Assembly (NCBI GenBank): GCA_946402315.1
Contig: CAMIWC010000006.1
Location: forward strand, 812-64,811
DNA: 64,000 nt
Source: an uncultured Clostridium sp.
Lineage (GTDB): Bacteria; Bacillota_I; Bacilli_A; RF39; UBA660
Direction of reading: 5' to 3'
How positions within the stretch are numbered: position 1 is the first letter of the stretch; every line of letters begins with the position of its first letter. A program made the translations under genes and the position numbers. Below, one piece after another: positions 1-10,347 of the stretch. The notes below the pieces were generated by a model. It had not been told where the DNA came from and did no database searches. It saw only the letters and a list, made by a program, of their open reading frames with translations.

Positions 1-2469
1 GAAAGTATTACAGAAGATACTAATATAACTGCTAAGTTTAGTCCAATTGATTATAGTATTACTTATAATTTAGATGGTGGTACTGTAACTGGTAACCCTA
101 GTACTTATAATGTTGAAACAGATACTTTTGATTTAGTTAATCCAACAAAAGAAGGTTATACATTTGCTGGATGGACTGAAGGTAGTGGAGACACTTTACA
201 AACAAGAGCAACTATTGAAAAAGGTACTACTGGAAATAAAACATTTACTGCTCACTTCTCACCTAATCAAAATACCCATTACAGAGTAAATCATAAATAT
301 ACTACATTAGATGGAAATTATGAAGTAGTAGAAGAAAACTTATATGGTCCAACTGGTACAACTGTTACACCAGCATTTAAACCTAGAACTGGATTTAATA
401 ATCCTGATGCACAACAAGTAACTATTCTTCCTGGTGGAGATGCAGAAATAGATTATGTTTATACAAGAATAGAATATCTTCTAACTATTAATAATATAGA
501 AGATGTAGATACTACTTTTGAAAATAAAAAATATCCTTATGAAACAGTAATTACTTTAACTGCTAAGGATAAAGAACATTATAACTTTAGTAAATGGTCT
601 AATGGAGTAACTACTAAAACATTAAGTTTTGCAATAACTGAAGATACAACAGTAGGTCCAGAATATACTCCTAAAGAATATACTATTACCTTTGATAGTC
701 AAGGAGGAGTTTCAGTTAATCCAATTACTAAAACATATAATACTGAAGTGGGAGAACTTCCTGAAACAATCAGAGAAGAGTATACATTTGAAGGATGGTA
801 TACAGGACTTGATTATAATACTAAGGTAACTCCAACTACTAAAGTGTTAGGAGATGTAACTTACTATGCTAAATGGGAAAAGATAGTAGTATGTAAGAGT
901 GCAACTACACTTCATTATGAAACTTGTACAAGAACAAGTGGAGGATGTTATGCAGCTGGATATCGTGAAGGAGCAGCAAAGAATACTAAGACAATAGTAT
1001 ATGGTACTATTCCAAATAGTGATACTTTAACTCCGGGATTTGCTTATGACTGCGATGTAAATGGTGATAAAGTATTTGATCCTAATACTGAACGTTTCTA
1101 TTACTTAACAACTAATGGAGATAATGCAGTATTAATATCTCATAATGATTATGAGGGAGAAAATGGTCAACAAAACATAAATAACTTTCCTTATGATTCT
1201 ATCTATGATCAATTACCTACTAGTAGCGAGTGGAGTAATCTAACAGTTATGTTTAATGGTAAACCAGCAAGAATACCAACATATGATGAATTAAAAGCAG
1301 CATGTGGTAAAAATACTTTAACAAGTACTGGAGACTTAGATAGATGTCCATACTTATTAGAAAATTCTAGATTTGCTGATAGTACACAAAGTCAAGAAGG
1401 AATATGGCTTGAAAAAATAAATGGTGTTACATATAGATATCATACTAATACAAGAGCAGTATCTTCTCAAACACAACAAAATACTGTTCGTCCTGTAATA
1501 GAAGTTCCTTTATCATTAATGGATGAAACTTTCTATACAGAAGTAAAAAGAACAATTACTTTTGATAGTCAAGGAGGAACAGAAGTAGATAGTATTATAG
1601 TTGATGCTTATACAGCAGTTGGAACACTTCCAAGACCTACTAATAGTTCACTTGCATTTGCTGGATGGTGGACTGATCCTAATGGTGGTACAAGAGTAAA
1701 AGAAAATACCATTATTACTGATGATATAACTTTATATGCTAGATGGGATAGTAATCCTGCAGCAAAAATGAATGGAATGAATTATTCTACTTTAGAAGAT
1801 GCTATTGGAGATATAACTGATAGTAACGAAACAACTATTACAATATTAAGAGATTGTGAAGCTGAAGCAACAGTTGCAAGTCATATGAATATAATACTAG
1901 ATCTACAAAATTATACTTTAAGTAATTCAACTACTCAATCAGTAATTACAAATGATGGTAGAGTAAGAATATCAAGTGGTACAATTAAGTCAAATGGTTC
2001 AACAGCAGCATTCAATAATAATTCTACTGGAACACTTATAATGACTGGTGGTAAGATTCTTGCAACAGGTTCTAAACAAGCTATATATAATGATGGTGGA
2101 ACTGTTGAAATTAGTGGAGATGCATACTTAAAAGCAACTTCTAATCAAAGAGCAACTCTTCATAATTTAAACGGAGGAACAGTTGTTATAAAGGGTGGTA
2201 CTATTATTTCAGATAAACAACAAGCAGTGAATAATGAAGCTACTTTAACAATTGGAGTACAAAATGGAACACATGATGTATCTAGTCCAATTCTTCAAGG
2301 TAAAACTTATGGATTAACTACTGTTACAAGTGTTTCTATGTATGATGGAATACTAAAAGGAGAAACTGATGCTATAGATAATCAAAGTATGATTACAAGT
2401 CATGAGGCAGGATTATCTATAATAACTGGTACTGATAATTCATATCACACTTTATATTATGGAAATTAA
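1..2469 (+). CDS. Surface/secreted repeat protein with its 5' end outside the window (Listeria-Bacteroides-type repeats plus a C-terminal beta-solenoid)
   Basis: Frame 1 is open from nt 1 and is the same frame as the listed 748..2469 ORF. Translation from nt 1 reads ESITEDTNITAKFSPIDYSITYNLDGGTV...EGYTFAGWTE. Further aromatic-x-F-x-GW units follow (YTFEGWYTG, LAFAGWWTD). The C-terminus has NDGG/NGGT/KGGT turn repeats and no sorting signal, and is followed by a hairpin terminator. Confidence 0.7.
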   Translation, partial: ESITEDTNITAKFSPIDYSITYNLDGGTVTGNPSTYNVETDTFDLVNPTKEGYTFAGWTEGSGDTLQTRATIEKGTTGNKTFTAHFSPNQNTHYRVNHKYTTLDGNYEVVEENLYGPTGTTVTPAFKPRTGFNNPDAQQVTILPGGDAEIDYVYTRIEYLLTINNIEDVDTTFENKKYPYETVITLTAKDKEHYNFSKWSNGVTTKTLSFAITEDTTVGPEYTPKEYTITFDSQGGVSVNPITKTYNTEVGELPETIREEYTFEGWYTGLDYNTKVTPTTKVLGDVTYYAKWEKIVVCKSATTLHYETCTRTSGGCYAAGYREGAAKNTKTIVYGTIPNSDTLTPGFAYDCDVNGDKVFDPNTERFYYLTTNGDNAVLISHNDYEGENGQQNINNFPYDSIYDQLPTSSEWSNLTVMFNGKPARIPTYDELKAACGKNTLTSTGDLDRCPYLLENSRFADSTQSQEGIWLEKINGVTYRYHTNTRAVSSQTQQNTVRPVIEVPLSLMDETFYTEVKRTITFDSQGGTEVDSIIVDAYTAVGTLPRPTNSSLAFAGWWTDPNGGTRVKENTIITDDITLYARWDSNPAAKMNGMNYSTLEDAIGDITDSNETTITILRDCEAEATVASHMNIILDLQNYTLSNSTTQSVITNDGRVRISSGTIKSNGSTAAFNNNSTGTLIMTGGKILATGSKQAIYNDGGTVEISGDAYLKATSNQRATLHNLNGGTVVIKGGTIISDKQQAVNNEATLTIGVQNGTHDVSSPILQGKTYGLTTVTSVSMYDGILKGETDAIDNQSMITSHEAGLSIITGTDNSYHTLYYGN

Positions 2470-2497
2470 AAAAAGACACGTAATGTGTCTTTTTTTA
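2468..2497. terminator. Bidirectional intrinsic terminator between convergent genes
   Basis: A-run, stem agacac/gtgtct with loop gtaat, then T-run. Confidence 0.7.
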
Positions 2498-2499
2498 TT

Positions 2500-3279
2500 T
2501 TATGATCCTGTACTATTGTAATGTTTTAAACCAATTTTAAATGACAATAAGCATGGTATTAGAAATACAAATACCAATAATGGTGAAAACATATATAGGA
2601 TGTTGTTTGTTCTATCTAAAAAGAATAACAAAGGATAATAATTAATAAAGGCATAAGGAATAATAAAAGTAAAAATAAATGCAAATCCTTTTCTATATAT
2701 AGAAATAGGATACTGAGCTAAATTTTTTCCTCCATCAGTAAATACATTTTTTACTTCTAAACCTTGTACTGTTATAAAACAATATGATGCAGTTAATACA
2801 AATAATCCAAAAAATATTAAAATAGATGCGAGTATCATTAATATTAATACTATTACTTTTTCTATATTCCAAATTACATCTAATTTGATTAATGCGATAG
2901 CCATTACTATTACAGATTGTAATATTCTAAATACTTTTATTGCGTGTATTTTACTACATAGTACTTGATATAGTATTCCTCTTGGACGTACTAAGAATCT
3001 ATCTAGAGATCCATCTATTATTAAGAGTTCAAATTTATCTATTCCTCTAAAGAATGTTTCATTAAAAGCAAATCCTAAGTGTATTATTGCGAAGCATAAT
3101 AATACTTCATATACTGTATATCCTTTTATATTACTAAATCTATTAAATAAAGCTATTATTACAAAGTAATAAGTAAAGAATACAAAGAATTGACTTATAG
3201 AACTCATTATAAAAGATGCTTTATATTCTAGTTGACTCTTTAAATTCATTTTTACACTTTCTATAAACATTTTATCCAC
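2500..3279 (-). CDS. ABC-2 family transporter permease
   Basis: Polytopic hydrophobic protein of about 6 TM segments. It overlaps the upstream permease gene by 8 nt and belongs to an operon with an ABC ATPase. Confidence 0.65.
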   Translation of the reverse strand: MDKMFIESVKMNLKSQLEYKASFIMSSISQFFVFFTYYFVIIALFNRFSNIKGYTVYEVLLCFAIIHLGFAFNETFFRGIDKFELLIIDGSLDRFLVRPRGILYQVLCSKIHAIKVFRILQSVIVMAIALIKLDVIWNIEKVIVLILMILASILIFFGLFVLTASYCFITVQGLEVKNVFTDGGKNLAQYPISIYRKGFAFIFTFIIPYAFINYYPLLFFLDRTNNILYMFSPLLVFVFLIPCLLSFKIGLKHYNSTGS

Positions 3280-4078
3280 CTTGTATTACTGCTTTCTTTA
3301 GTGCTTGTTTTGATAGAAAGTATCCAATTATTATAGTAAGTATTGTCCAAAGAATACTTCCAATTAGCATCATTCTTCCTTCTGGTATGGTGATGTCTCC
3401 TGAATATACTCTATAGGAGAAATCTCCAATAAATCTAAAAGGAAGAAAGTTTCCTATTTCTATCATAAATTTAGGTAGAAAAGGAATTGGTACTAATAAT
3501 CCCATAAATACTTCGGCTGTCATACTGTAGATTCCAATAATTCCATCGGCATTCAAAGTAAACATCGTAATAATATGCATAATTAATGACATAGATGTTA
3601 CTAATAAACAAGAAAAGATTATTGATACTAAGAACAATATAAAAGCTTCGATTGATTGAGGCATAGTCATACTATATGGTTTAGGTAGTAGAAAAGCTAC
3701 TAAAAGTACTGGTAAACATCTAAGCATTACTGCTGCTAGTCGCTCACATACCATTTTTATATAATACTTTAAATAAAAACTTTGTGGTCTAACCAGTTCA
3801 TATGCTAAGTTACCATTACGTATCATATTTAATAATTCTTCATCTTTAATATATGGATATATTAAAGCAAAGAATGCTTGACCTAACCATAAGTAAGTAA
3901 TAACACTTGGTAAATTCATTGGAACTTCTGTATTTGTATTAGATTCATATAAAGCTATATAAACCATTAAAAATACTAGTCCAAAGAATAATTGTGTACT
4001 TATTCCTGCTAAAGCAGCTGCTCTATATTGTAGATTAGTTATTAATCTTAATTTAAAGTAATTTAAATAAGATTTCAT
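3272..4078 (-). CDS. ABC-2 family transporter permease
   Basis: Polytopic membrane protein. There is a 4-nt overlap with the ATPase gene stop, and the organisation is the typical ATPase plus two ABC-2 permeases. Confidence 0.65.
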   Translation of the reverse strand: MKSYLNYFKLRLITNLQYRAAALAGISTQLFFGLVFLMVYIALYESNTNTEVPMNLPSVITYLWLGQAFFALIYPYIKDEELLNMIRNGNLAYELVRPQSFYLKYYIKMVCERLAAVMLRCLPVLLVAFLLPKPYSMTMPQSIEAFILFLVSIIFSCLLVTSMSLIMHIITMFTLNADGIIGIYSMTAEVFMGLLVPIPFLPKFMIEIGNFLPFRFIGDFSYRVYSGDITIPEGRMMLIGSILWTILTIIIGYFLSKQALKKAVIQGG

Positions 4079-5058
4079 ATTTCATAATCTTGATATAATT
4101 TCAAAATAACATCTTCTATATTTTCATTATATATTTCTAGATCATTTATTTGGTATTTTTTAGAAATATAATTAATAAACTTAGAAATAGTTATTAGATT
4201 AGAATCAATTATAAAATTATATCCGTTATCTACTTTTTTCTTACTTATTAATCCTTTAAGTTTAATATTTTCTATTCTTTCTTTTGTATTAATTGTTATA
4301 CTTTTATAACTTCCATACTTTGATTTTAATTTATTAAGTGAACCGTCGTATAATATTTGTCCCTTACCAATAAGAATAATTCTATTAGCAAGTTTATCAA
4401 TATCAGTCATATCGTGTGTAGTTAGTATAATAGTGACTTTCTTTTCTTTATTAATTTTTAAAATAAAGTCTCTAACTATTTTTTTACTTTTTGCATCTAA
4501 TCCAATTGTCGGTTCATCTAAGAATAAAATCTTAGGTTCATGAAGTAAAGACGCGACTATTTCACATCTCATACGTTGTCCTAAACTAAGAGATCTTACT
4601 GGTTTTTTTATGACCTCTTCAATATCTAGTAGTTTTATTAGTTCCTCTTTATTCTTTTGATATTTATTATTATCAAGTTTATAAATATCTCTTAGTAAAT
4701 CAAAAGTATCCTCCGCAGGAATATCCCAAGCTAATTGACTCTTTTGCCCGAAAACAACTCCTATATTAGAAACATATTTTTTCCTGTCTTCGAAGGGATT
4801 TAATCCTCCTACCTTAATGTTTCCAGCGGTTGGTAATAAAATTCCACATAGCATTTTTATGGTAGTACTTTTTCCAGCACCATTTGGACCTATATAACCA
4901 ACAATTTCACCTTTTTCAATAGAGAATGATACGTCTTTTACGGCGTCTATTGTAACGTACTCTCTTTTGAAAAATGACTTTAAAGCTGACTTAAGACCGC
5001 TGTTTCTCTTAGCCACTTTAAAGGTTTTACTTATGCCATCAACAACGATGTACGACAT
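4075..5058 (-). CDS. ABC transporter ATP-binding protein
   Basis: Walker A GPNGAGKST, signature LSLGQRMR, Walker B ILFLDEPT, H-loop TTHD. I place the start at ATG 5058 (MSYIVV) because aggag lies 5 nt upstream. The GTG at 5064 in the ORF track sits inside the spacer. Confidence 0.9.
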   Translation of the reverse strand: MSYIVVDGISKTFKVAKRNSGLKSALKSFFKREYVTIDAVKDVSFSIEKGEIVGYIGPNGAGKSTTIKMLCGILLPTAGNIKVGGLNPFEDRKKYVSNIGVVFGQKSQLAWDIPAEDTFDLLRDIYKLDNNKYQKNKEELIKLLDIEEVIKKPVRSLSLGQRMRCEIVASLLHEPKILFLDEPTIGLDAKSKKIVRDFILKINKEKKVTIILTTHDMTDIDKLANRIILIGKGQILYDGSLNKLKSKYGSYKSITINTKERIENIKLKGLISKKKVDNGYNFIIDSNLITISKFINYISKKYQINDLEIYNENIEDVILKLYQDYEI

Positions 5059-5401
5059 TTTCACTCCTTTCTAACACAACCAAAAAAACACAAAATTAAA
5101 TATTTTGGGTAAAATATATAATGTTTGTGTCAATTTTTCGGCTTGTTAAAAATAATGTTAGCAAATAATTTATAAATTGTAAATATATTTATCGTTTATT
5201 TTATAGTAAATATGAACCTATGGATAATAGTCTTTTTTTGTATGACAAATAATGTAAAAATAACTAAATATTTACATCAAATGAATATGCTTAAACTCCT
5301 TTAAAATAAGGGTTTCTAATATATATTTAAAAATTTTATTTAAAATGTATTTTATTGTTGTTTTTATTATGAGAAAATTATATTGATGGAGGCTAGATAA
5401 A

Positions 5402-8400
5402 ATGGATATAGTTGAGGTTGCTAGAAGGAAGAGATACATCCAAGAACGAATTACTAAATTCTTGGGAAAATATTCAGATGATAGCTTAGAGTTCAATGGA
5501 GAACGAATCAAGCTATGCTCATCTGATGATTTTAATGACTTATGTCGTGATATTAATGAAAAAATTAAGAAGCAAAAACGTGCTCCTATTATGATTAGTC
5601 AAGTTGGTGGATTTTACGTTATGGCTTCATTGGCAGCATATGCTGCATTACAAAGTAGATCGAAGCCGGTACTACTTTTTTTTGATAGAAAAACTAATAA
5701 TATAGGTAATGCTATCTATAATACATTACTTATGCAAGCATGTGGCACTAGAGAAGAATATATTACTACTTTATTTGGATTAGATAATAAAGATATTATT
5801 AAAGCTTTAAATAAAGTTAAATATGAAGAGTATATAGTAGATATATATACATCTGAAGAAAATGTTGAAGGATTAAAAAAAGCTACTATTAAGAAGAGAG
5901 CATTAAGAAAATATGCAATTGATACTGAAAGATATGATAGACTTATTGCTGAAAAGCATGATTTAGCTCATAGAGCTTTAAGAAGTTTGGAAGCTTATTT
6001 TAATGTTACTAAATTAGAAGAGTATGCATCTAAATTACCATATGATAAAGAGAAGCATTTAAGACTTTTAGAAGCAGTAAAAGGAAGACTTATTCCTGAA
6101 CATAGAAAATTATTTGAATCTCTTATTAGTTCAATGACTGATTACTTAGCTAAAGGTGACAATTATCATGATTTAGTTAAGTATTTATGTAGAGATATGA
6201 AAAAGAATGCAGAACACCATGTTTTATGTGTTCCAGCTTTATATAAGTCTTACCGATCTCTTATTAACAGTAAAGGTCACTCTGCGGTTAAGTTTGTTCC
6301 GGGAGTTGATATATCTACTGATACTGGTGTTAAGAGATTAGAAAGAATACTTGAAACAGAAGGATTAATTGCTAAAGGTGAGAAAACAGATTCTTTCCCA
6401 ATAGATTTTGCCTTCTTACCACATGCAGAAACACTACAAGTTGCTTATCCATTTTTAAAGAAATATGTAGAAAATTATATTAGAGTTAATAGAGGTACTA
6501 GTAATAACTTTACTATGCATCCTACTGCTTCTTTAAATGTACGTACTTATGATAGTATAGGTGCTGGTTTTATTGAAGCTAATAGAAAGAAGAGAAAATC
6601 TTTAACTCATTTAACTCCTATTGAACCACAAAAGAAAGGGTTCCCTTTACTTACATTTATTGCTGGTGCTAATATTGGTAATATTTATAATAGTGAAGAA
6701 GACTTAAAGAATGTTATTGATATGGCAATCGCTGATAGAGTAGATACAGTTTATATTCAAGGATTAATATATGCTACTTATTATCATAATCAAACTGCTA
6801 GAAGAATGTTAATTGATCCTAAATATGAAACATTGGATCAAAGATTAAAGGCAGCTAAAAAAATTATTAAAAGATTAAATGATGCTGGTATTAAAGTAGT
6901 ATATCAAATGGGTGATGAAGAATTTCACTTATATGAAGATATGTTTAAGATCTATACTAAAGAACAAGGAGTTAAAGGTAATAATTTCTTAGCAAGAGAA
7001 GACTTAAAAACAGCACATGACTGGGTTAGACCAATAATAATTCAAAAATTAATACCATATTTGATTAGAAGTGGAGAAGATTTAACTAACTTTTACACAG
7101 ATGAAGAACAAAAAACAAGAGTTACAGAATTATGTCATGCATTAAAGAATTACTTTGATGGATTACCACTTGGTGATTTAGCTAAATATATTAAACCAGA
7201 ATTCTTACAAGATACTGAAATGTTTAAAGTAGTTTATTCTACAGTAGATCAATATGACGAAAATGATCCTGCTGTATCAGTTAATCTTTTAAGTAATCCA
7301 AATTTCTCAACTAATACACAATATGCTAGACCAGCTAGTGGAGTTATTAAAAATTTAAAAATACATCAAACAGGAGCTTTAGGTAATAGTCCACTTACTA
7401 TTCCACAATTATTTGTTGATGGAAGACAAGCATTTATGTCTGTTGCTTATAAAGGGGACCAAGTTACTATGAATGTTCCTCAAATGATAGATGATAGTTT
7501 ATATATAGAACATCCTGAATTATTATCAGGAATAAAAGAACATATTGCTTCAGATCCAACCCATAAGAGAGTAACTATTGGTGGTACAAGGCCAAATTAT
7601 CCAGGAGGTTGGACTATTACTGGAGATGCTCGTGAAAAGATGACAATTGTTCCTTACTGGAGAAGATCTAGAGAAGTAATGGAATTTGTTCAAAGAACTG
7701 GTAATGGATTAGAAGAAGTAGATGTATTGAGTGTCAATGATTTTCAAATTGGTTCATTAACTGAAAGATTAGAATATGCTATAAAAGTAATAGACCATTT
7801 CTTATACGATTATAGTGCTCCTAAGGGTGTATGGGTAAATGGAGATATTCAACAAGGATGGAATTATAAAGGATTTGCTGATGAAAATAGACATTTAGGT
7901 ACTATGAATATAACTCAACAAATGATAAACTTTGTTGAAGTAGTAAAACCATTTATACGCGATTCTTTTGGAGTAGTTAGACCTAGTGCTTTTGAAGGAG
8001 ATTATGATGGTTATAGAATTGATCAAAAAACATCTCGTGATATAATCTCTCATTTATCATCAATTGACGCAATTGACGCTTATATGGGAGCTAATGAGTG
8101 TCATAATTTAATTAAAGATGGAATAGATTATAAGACGTTAGATTTACAACTTCCTCCTAATTTGGCACCATATGAAAAAACTATAAGAGAAAAATTACTT
8201 GATATTAAACTACTTAAATTTGTACATTTAAAGCCTGGAAATCATGAATGGAATTCAGATTGGGATAAAAAGGGAGTTAATTTAATTAGAATGGTTGGTC
8301 AAGAATTAACTAACTATAAAGAAGTGACTGGTTCTAGTGTAGAAATATCTAATAGTGAATTCATAGTTAATGAAAGAGGAGATATTTTACAATCCCCTCA

Positions 8401-8911
8401 TGGATGTAAAACAATAAATGGTTATAATGTAGTGTTTAGTCATTTATATGGATCAGCTAAAGGAGAAACTCCTACTCAAGGTATGGGGGAACACTTTAAT
8501 AAATTGGGTGTTTTATCAAGTCAAGTAGATAGAGCAATAATGGGACATTTACATGTGTTTGAAACATCTGTAATAGATAATAAATGTTTAAGTTTAACTG
8601 GTAGTAGTGCTGGTCAAAGTGGATTTGAACAAACATTTGGATTAGCTAGTAAACCATTGTTTGTAATAGATAGATATCTTCCTGATGGTAGACTTGCTAT
8701 AGATACAATAGGTACTGAATTCTTAGATGACTATAAAATTCAAAATCCATTAATAAAAGAATTAGGATTAGATAATTTTATTGCTTCTTGTTTAAGTGAA
8801 GAAATTGGTTACTACGGATTTGGAGATACTCCAGAAAAAGTACAACCTGTTCATCCAAGACAATTAGTTTTAGGAGATCCAAATAAACCAATTGGACCTA
8901 GAATAGCATAA
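5402..8911 (+). CDS. Large cytoplasmic protein with a C-terminal calcineurin-like metallophosphoesterase domain preceded by a degenerate MPE-like module and a helical N-domain
   Basis: ggagg RBS before the ATG. No signal peptide or TM segment. MPE motifs in order: D780-F-Q (degenerate DxH), G814-D, G946-N-H-E, FSHLYG, G1048-H-L-H. Around aa 415-520 there is a weaker copy (IAGANIG, YIQGL, MGDEEFH). No P-loop is seen. Confidence 0.6.
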   Translation: MDIVEVARRKRYIQERITKFLGKYSDDSLEFNGERIKLCSSDDFNDLCRDINEKIKKQKRAPIMISQVGGFYVMASLAAYAALQSRSKPVLLFFDRKTNNIGNAIYNTLLMQACGTREEYITTLFGLDNKDIIKALNKVKYEEYIVDIYTSEENVEGLKKATIKKRALRKYAIDTERYDRLIAEKHDLAHRALRSLEAYFNVTKLEEYASKLPYDKEKHLRLLEAVKGRLIPEHRKLFESLISSMTDYLAKGDNYHDLVKYLCRDMKKNAEHHVLCVPALYKSYRSLINSKGHSAVKFVPGVDISTDTGVKRLERILETEGLIAKGEKTDSFPIDFAFLPHAETLQVAYPFLKKYVENYIRVNRGTSNNFTMHPTASLNVRTYDSIGAGFIEANRKKRKSLTHLTPIEPQKKGFPLLTFIAGANIGNIYNSEEDLKNVIDMAIADRVDTVYIQGLIYATYYHNQTARRMLIDPKYETLDQRLKAAKKIIKRLNDAGIKVVYQMGDEEFHLYEDMFKIYTKEQGVKGNNFLAREDLKTAHDWVRPIIIQKLIPYLIRSGEDLTNFYTDEEQKTRVTELCHALKNYFDGLPLGDLAKYIKPEFLQDTEMFKVVYSTVDQYDENDPAVSVNLLSNPNFSTNTQYARPASGVIKNLKIHQTGALGNSPLTIPQLFVDGRQAFMSVAYKGDQVTMNVPQMIDDSLYIEHPELLSGIKEHIASDPTHKRVTIGGTRPNYPGGWTITGDAREKMTIVPYWRRSREVMEFVQRTGNGLEEVDVLSVNDFQIGSLTERLEYAIKVIDHFLYDYSAPKGVWVNGDIQQGWNYKGFADENRHLGTMNITQQMINFVEVVKPFIRDSFGVVRPSAFEGDYDGYRIDQKTSRDIISHLSSIDAIDAYMGANECHNLIKDGIDYKTLDLQLPPNLAPYEKTIREKLLDIKLLKFVHLKPGNHEWNSDWDKKGVNLIRMVGQELTNYKEVTGSSVEISNSEFIVNERGDILQSPHGCKTINGYNVVFSHLYGSAKGETPTQGMGEHFNKLGVLSSQVDRAIMGHLHVFETSVIDNKCLSLTGSSAGQSGFEQTFGLASKPLFVIDRYLPDGRLAIDTIGTEFLDDYKIQNPLIKELGLDNFIASCLSEEIGYYGFGDTPEKVQPVHPRQLVLGDPNKPIGPRIA

Positions 8912-9043
8912 TTAAAAGACTATTTTGATAGTCTTTTTTCTATATATAAAAATATGATAAAACTATTATTAATGATCATCGAGCAGATTCTATTATGGAT
9001 ACAGAAGAAGCAAGAAGTAGTTTAGATAATGATGTAGATAAAT

Positions 9044-9069
9044 AAAAAGACACCTAAGTGTCTTTTTTT
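9044..9069. terminator. Intrinsic terminator, bidirectional and overlapping the stop of the minus-strand gene
   Basis: Stem agacac/gtgtct with loop ctaa, flanked by an A-run and a T-run. Confidence 0.65.
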
Positions 9070-10276
9070 ATTTCTTCTTTTGAGCAATCATCCAATCAAA
9101 TATATCGGATACTCCATTTTTATTTTTATCGGTACTAAATACATATTTACCAATCGTACCATGACAAGCTTCAGGAAGATAAGTAAAGGAATCGCAATTA
9201 TTGTCACAACTACTACATTTACCAAGACCTTTAACAACTGTGCACATACTAGAATAAGCAGACCAATTAATATCAGCGTGAATATTTTTACAATTAATTT
9301 TCTTATCTCCTGACCAATCTCCACCATATTCTCCATAACCTTTCATAGGTAATGTTTTTAGGTATTGCCAATCTTTATAATAGTTCTTTATTATATTAAA
9401 ATTTACACCAGAACTAATAGGAGCTATTCCAGAGAATATTCTATAGTCATTAGCAGTTTGGTATATATAATAAGCACTAGAACTAAAAGCAGTAAGAGAT
9501 ATTCTGTTAGCATCTAATTTATATTCTTTTACTAAATCATTTATCTTTTTAACAGCTTGATTACTAGCGGTAGGATTCCAATCTTTTTTAGGATATTCTG
9601 TATGAGCAAGTATTGGAATATAGATAAAGGCTTTTAATTTATCTAGATTCTTAGTTTGAGCAAGAACAAGCATTGTATCTCCAGCTAAACTATTAGGTGG
9701 AAACATAACTATTAATGGCATATTTGTAGTAGCATTTTTAGGTATATATAAATAGTATCCAATAAACATAGAATAAGTATTATCATAATACATTTTAAAT
9801 GAACTCTTAAGATTTAAAGGAGTACCAGTTTCTTCTTCCTCTTCTTCAGTTTCTGTTTCAGTACCAGTTTCTTCTTCTTCCTCTCCCTCATCTTCTGGAT
9901 CTTCTTTTTCTTCTTCTCTTTTTCTTCTTTCTTCTTCTTCTCTTGCTTCTTCTTCAGCTTTATACTTAGCAATAGTTTCTTTATTAGCGTTCTTCCAACA
10001 TTCATTTTCTTGGAATCTAGTACCACTTGCTAACATAAGTACTAAACTAATTATTAAAGGTAAAAAGAATATTGCTACTGCTGCAATAACTTTACCAATT
10101 ATCTTTTTAATATGATTATTAATTGTATCTGTTTTTTCTATAACTATATTAAATAGTTCATATCCTAAAGATACTATTAATAATAAAGGCACAATAAACC
10201 TAATGATTTCTAATATAGATTTAATATAATATATAAAACTTAAAAATGAAGATTGTTCACATATATTTAATATCAT
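9068..10276 (-). CDS. Membrane-anchored alpha/beta-hydrolase-like protein (putative esterase) with a poly-Glu linker
   Basis: Two N-terminal TM segments are followed by an acidic low-complexity linker (EEEAREEEERRKREEEKEDPEDEGEEEEETGTETETEEEEEE). A globular domain then carries a nucleophile-elbow-like LTAFSSSAY and a C-terminal CHG. Confidence 0.5.
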   Translation of the reverse strand: MILNICEQSSFLSFIYYIKSILEIIRFIVPLLLIVSLGYELFNIVIEKTDTINNHIKKIIGKVIAAVAIFFLPLIISLVLMLASGTRFQENECWKNANKETIAKYKAEEEAREEEERRKREEEKEDPEDEGEEEEETGTETETEEEEEETGTPLNLKSSFKMYYDNTYSMFIGYYLYIPKNATTNMPLIVMFPPNSLAGDTMLVLAQTKNLDKLKAFIYIPILAHTEYPKKDWNPTASNQAVKKINDLVKEYKLDANRISLTAFSSSAYYIYQTANDYRIFSGIAPISSGVNFNIIKNYYKDWQYLKTLPMKGYGEYGGDWSGDKKINCKNIHADINWSAYSSMCTVVKGLGKCSSCDNNCDSFTYLPEACHGTIGKYVFSTDKNKNGVSDIFDWMIAQKKK

Positions 10277-10347
10277 CTATTATCACCAATCTTATTATAA
10301 CAAATATTATAATTATTTGTTATACTATATATGATAGGAGTGATTAT

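Noticed and set aside
5215-5290. Inverted repeat atgtaaa-N13-tttacat in the 5065-5401 intergenic region as an operator
   Set aside because: A 7-bp A/T-only inverted repeat is expected by chance in this composition, and I have no supporting second site.
5272-5511. 79-aa minus-strand ORF
   Set aside because: It lies in the AT-rich divergent promoter region, overlaps the well-supported start of the 5402 gene, has low-complexity I/L/K-rich content and has no RBS.
9080-10026. ORFs 9080..9313 (+), 9088..9336 (-) and 9814..10026 (-)
   Set aside because: These are alternative frames or the antisense strand of the 9068..10276 gene. The last is simply the gaa/gag repeat tract read out of frame, which gives poly-K/E.
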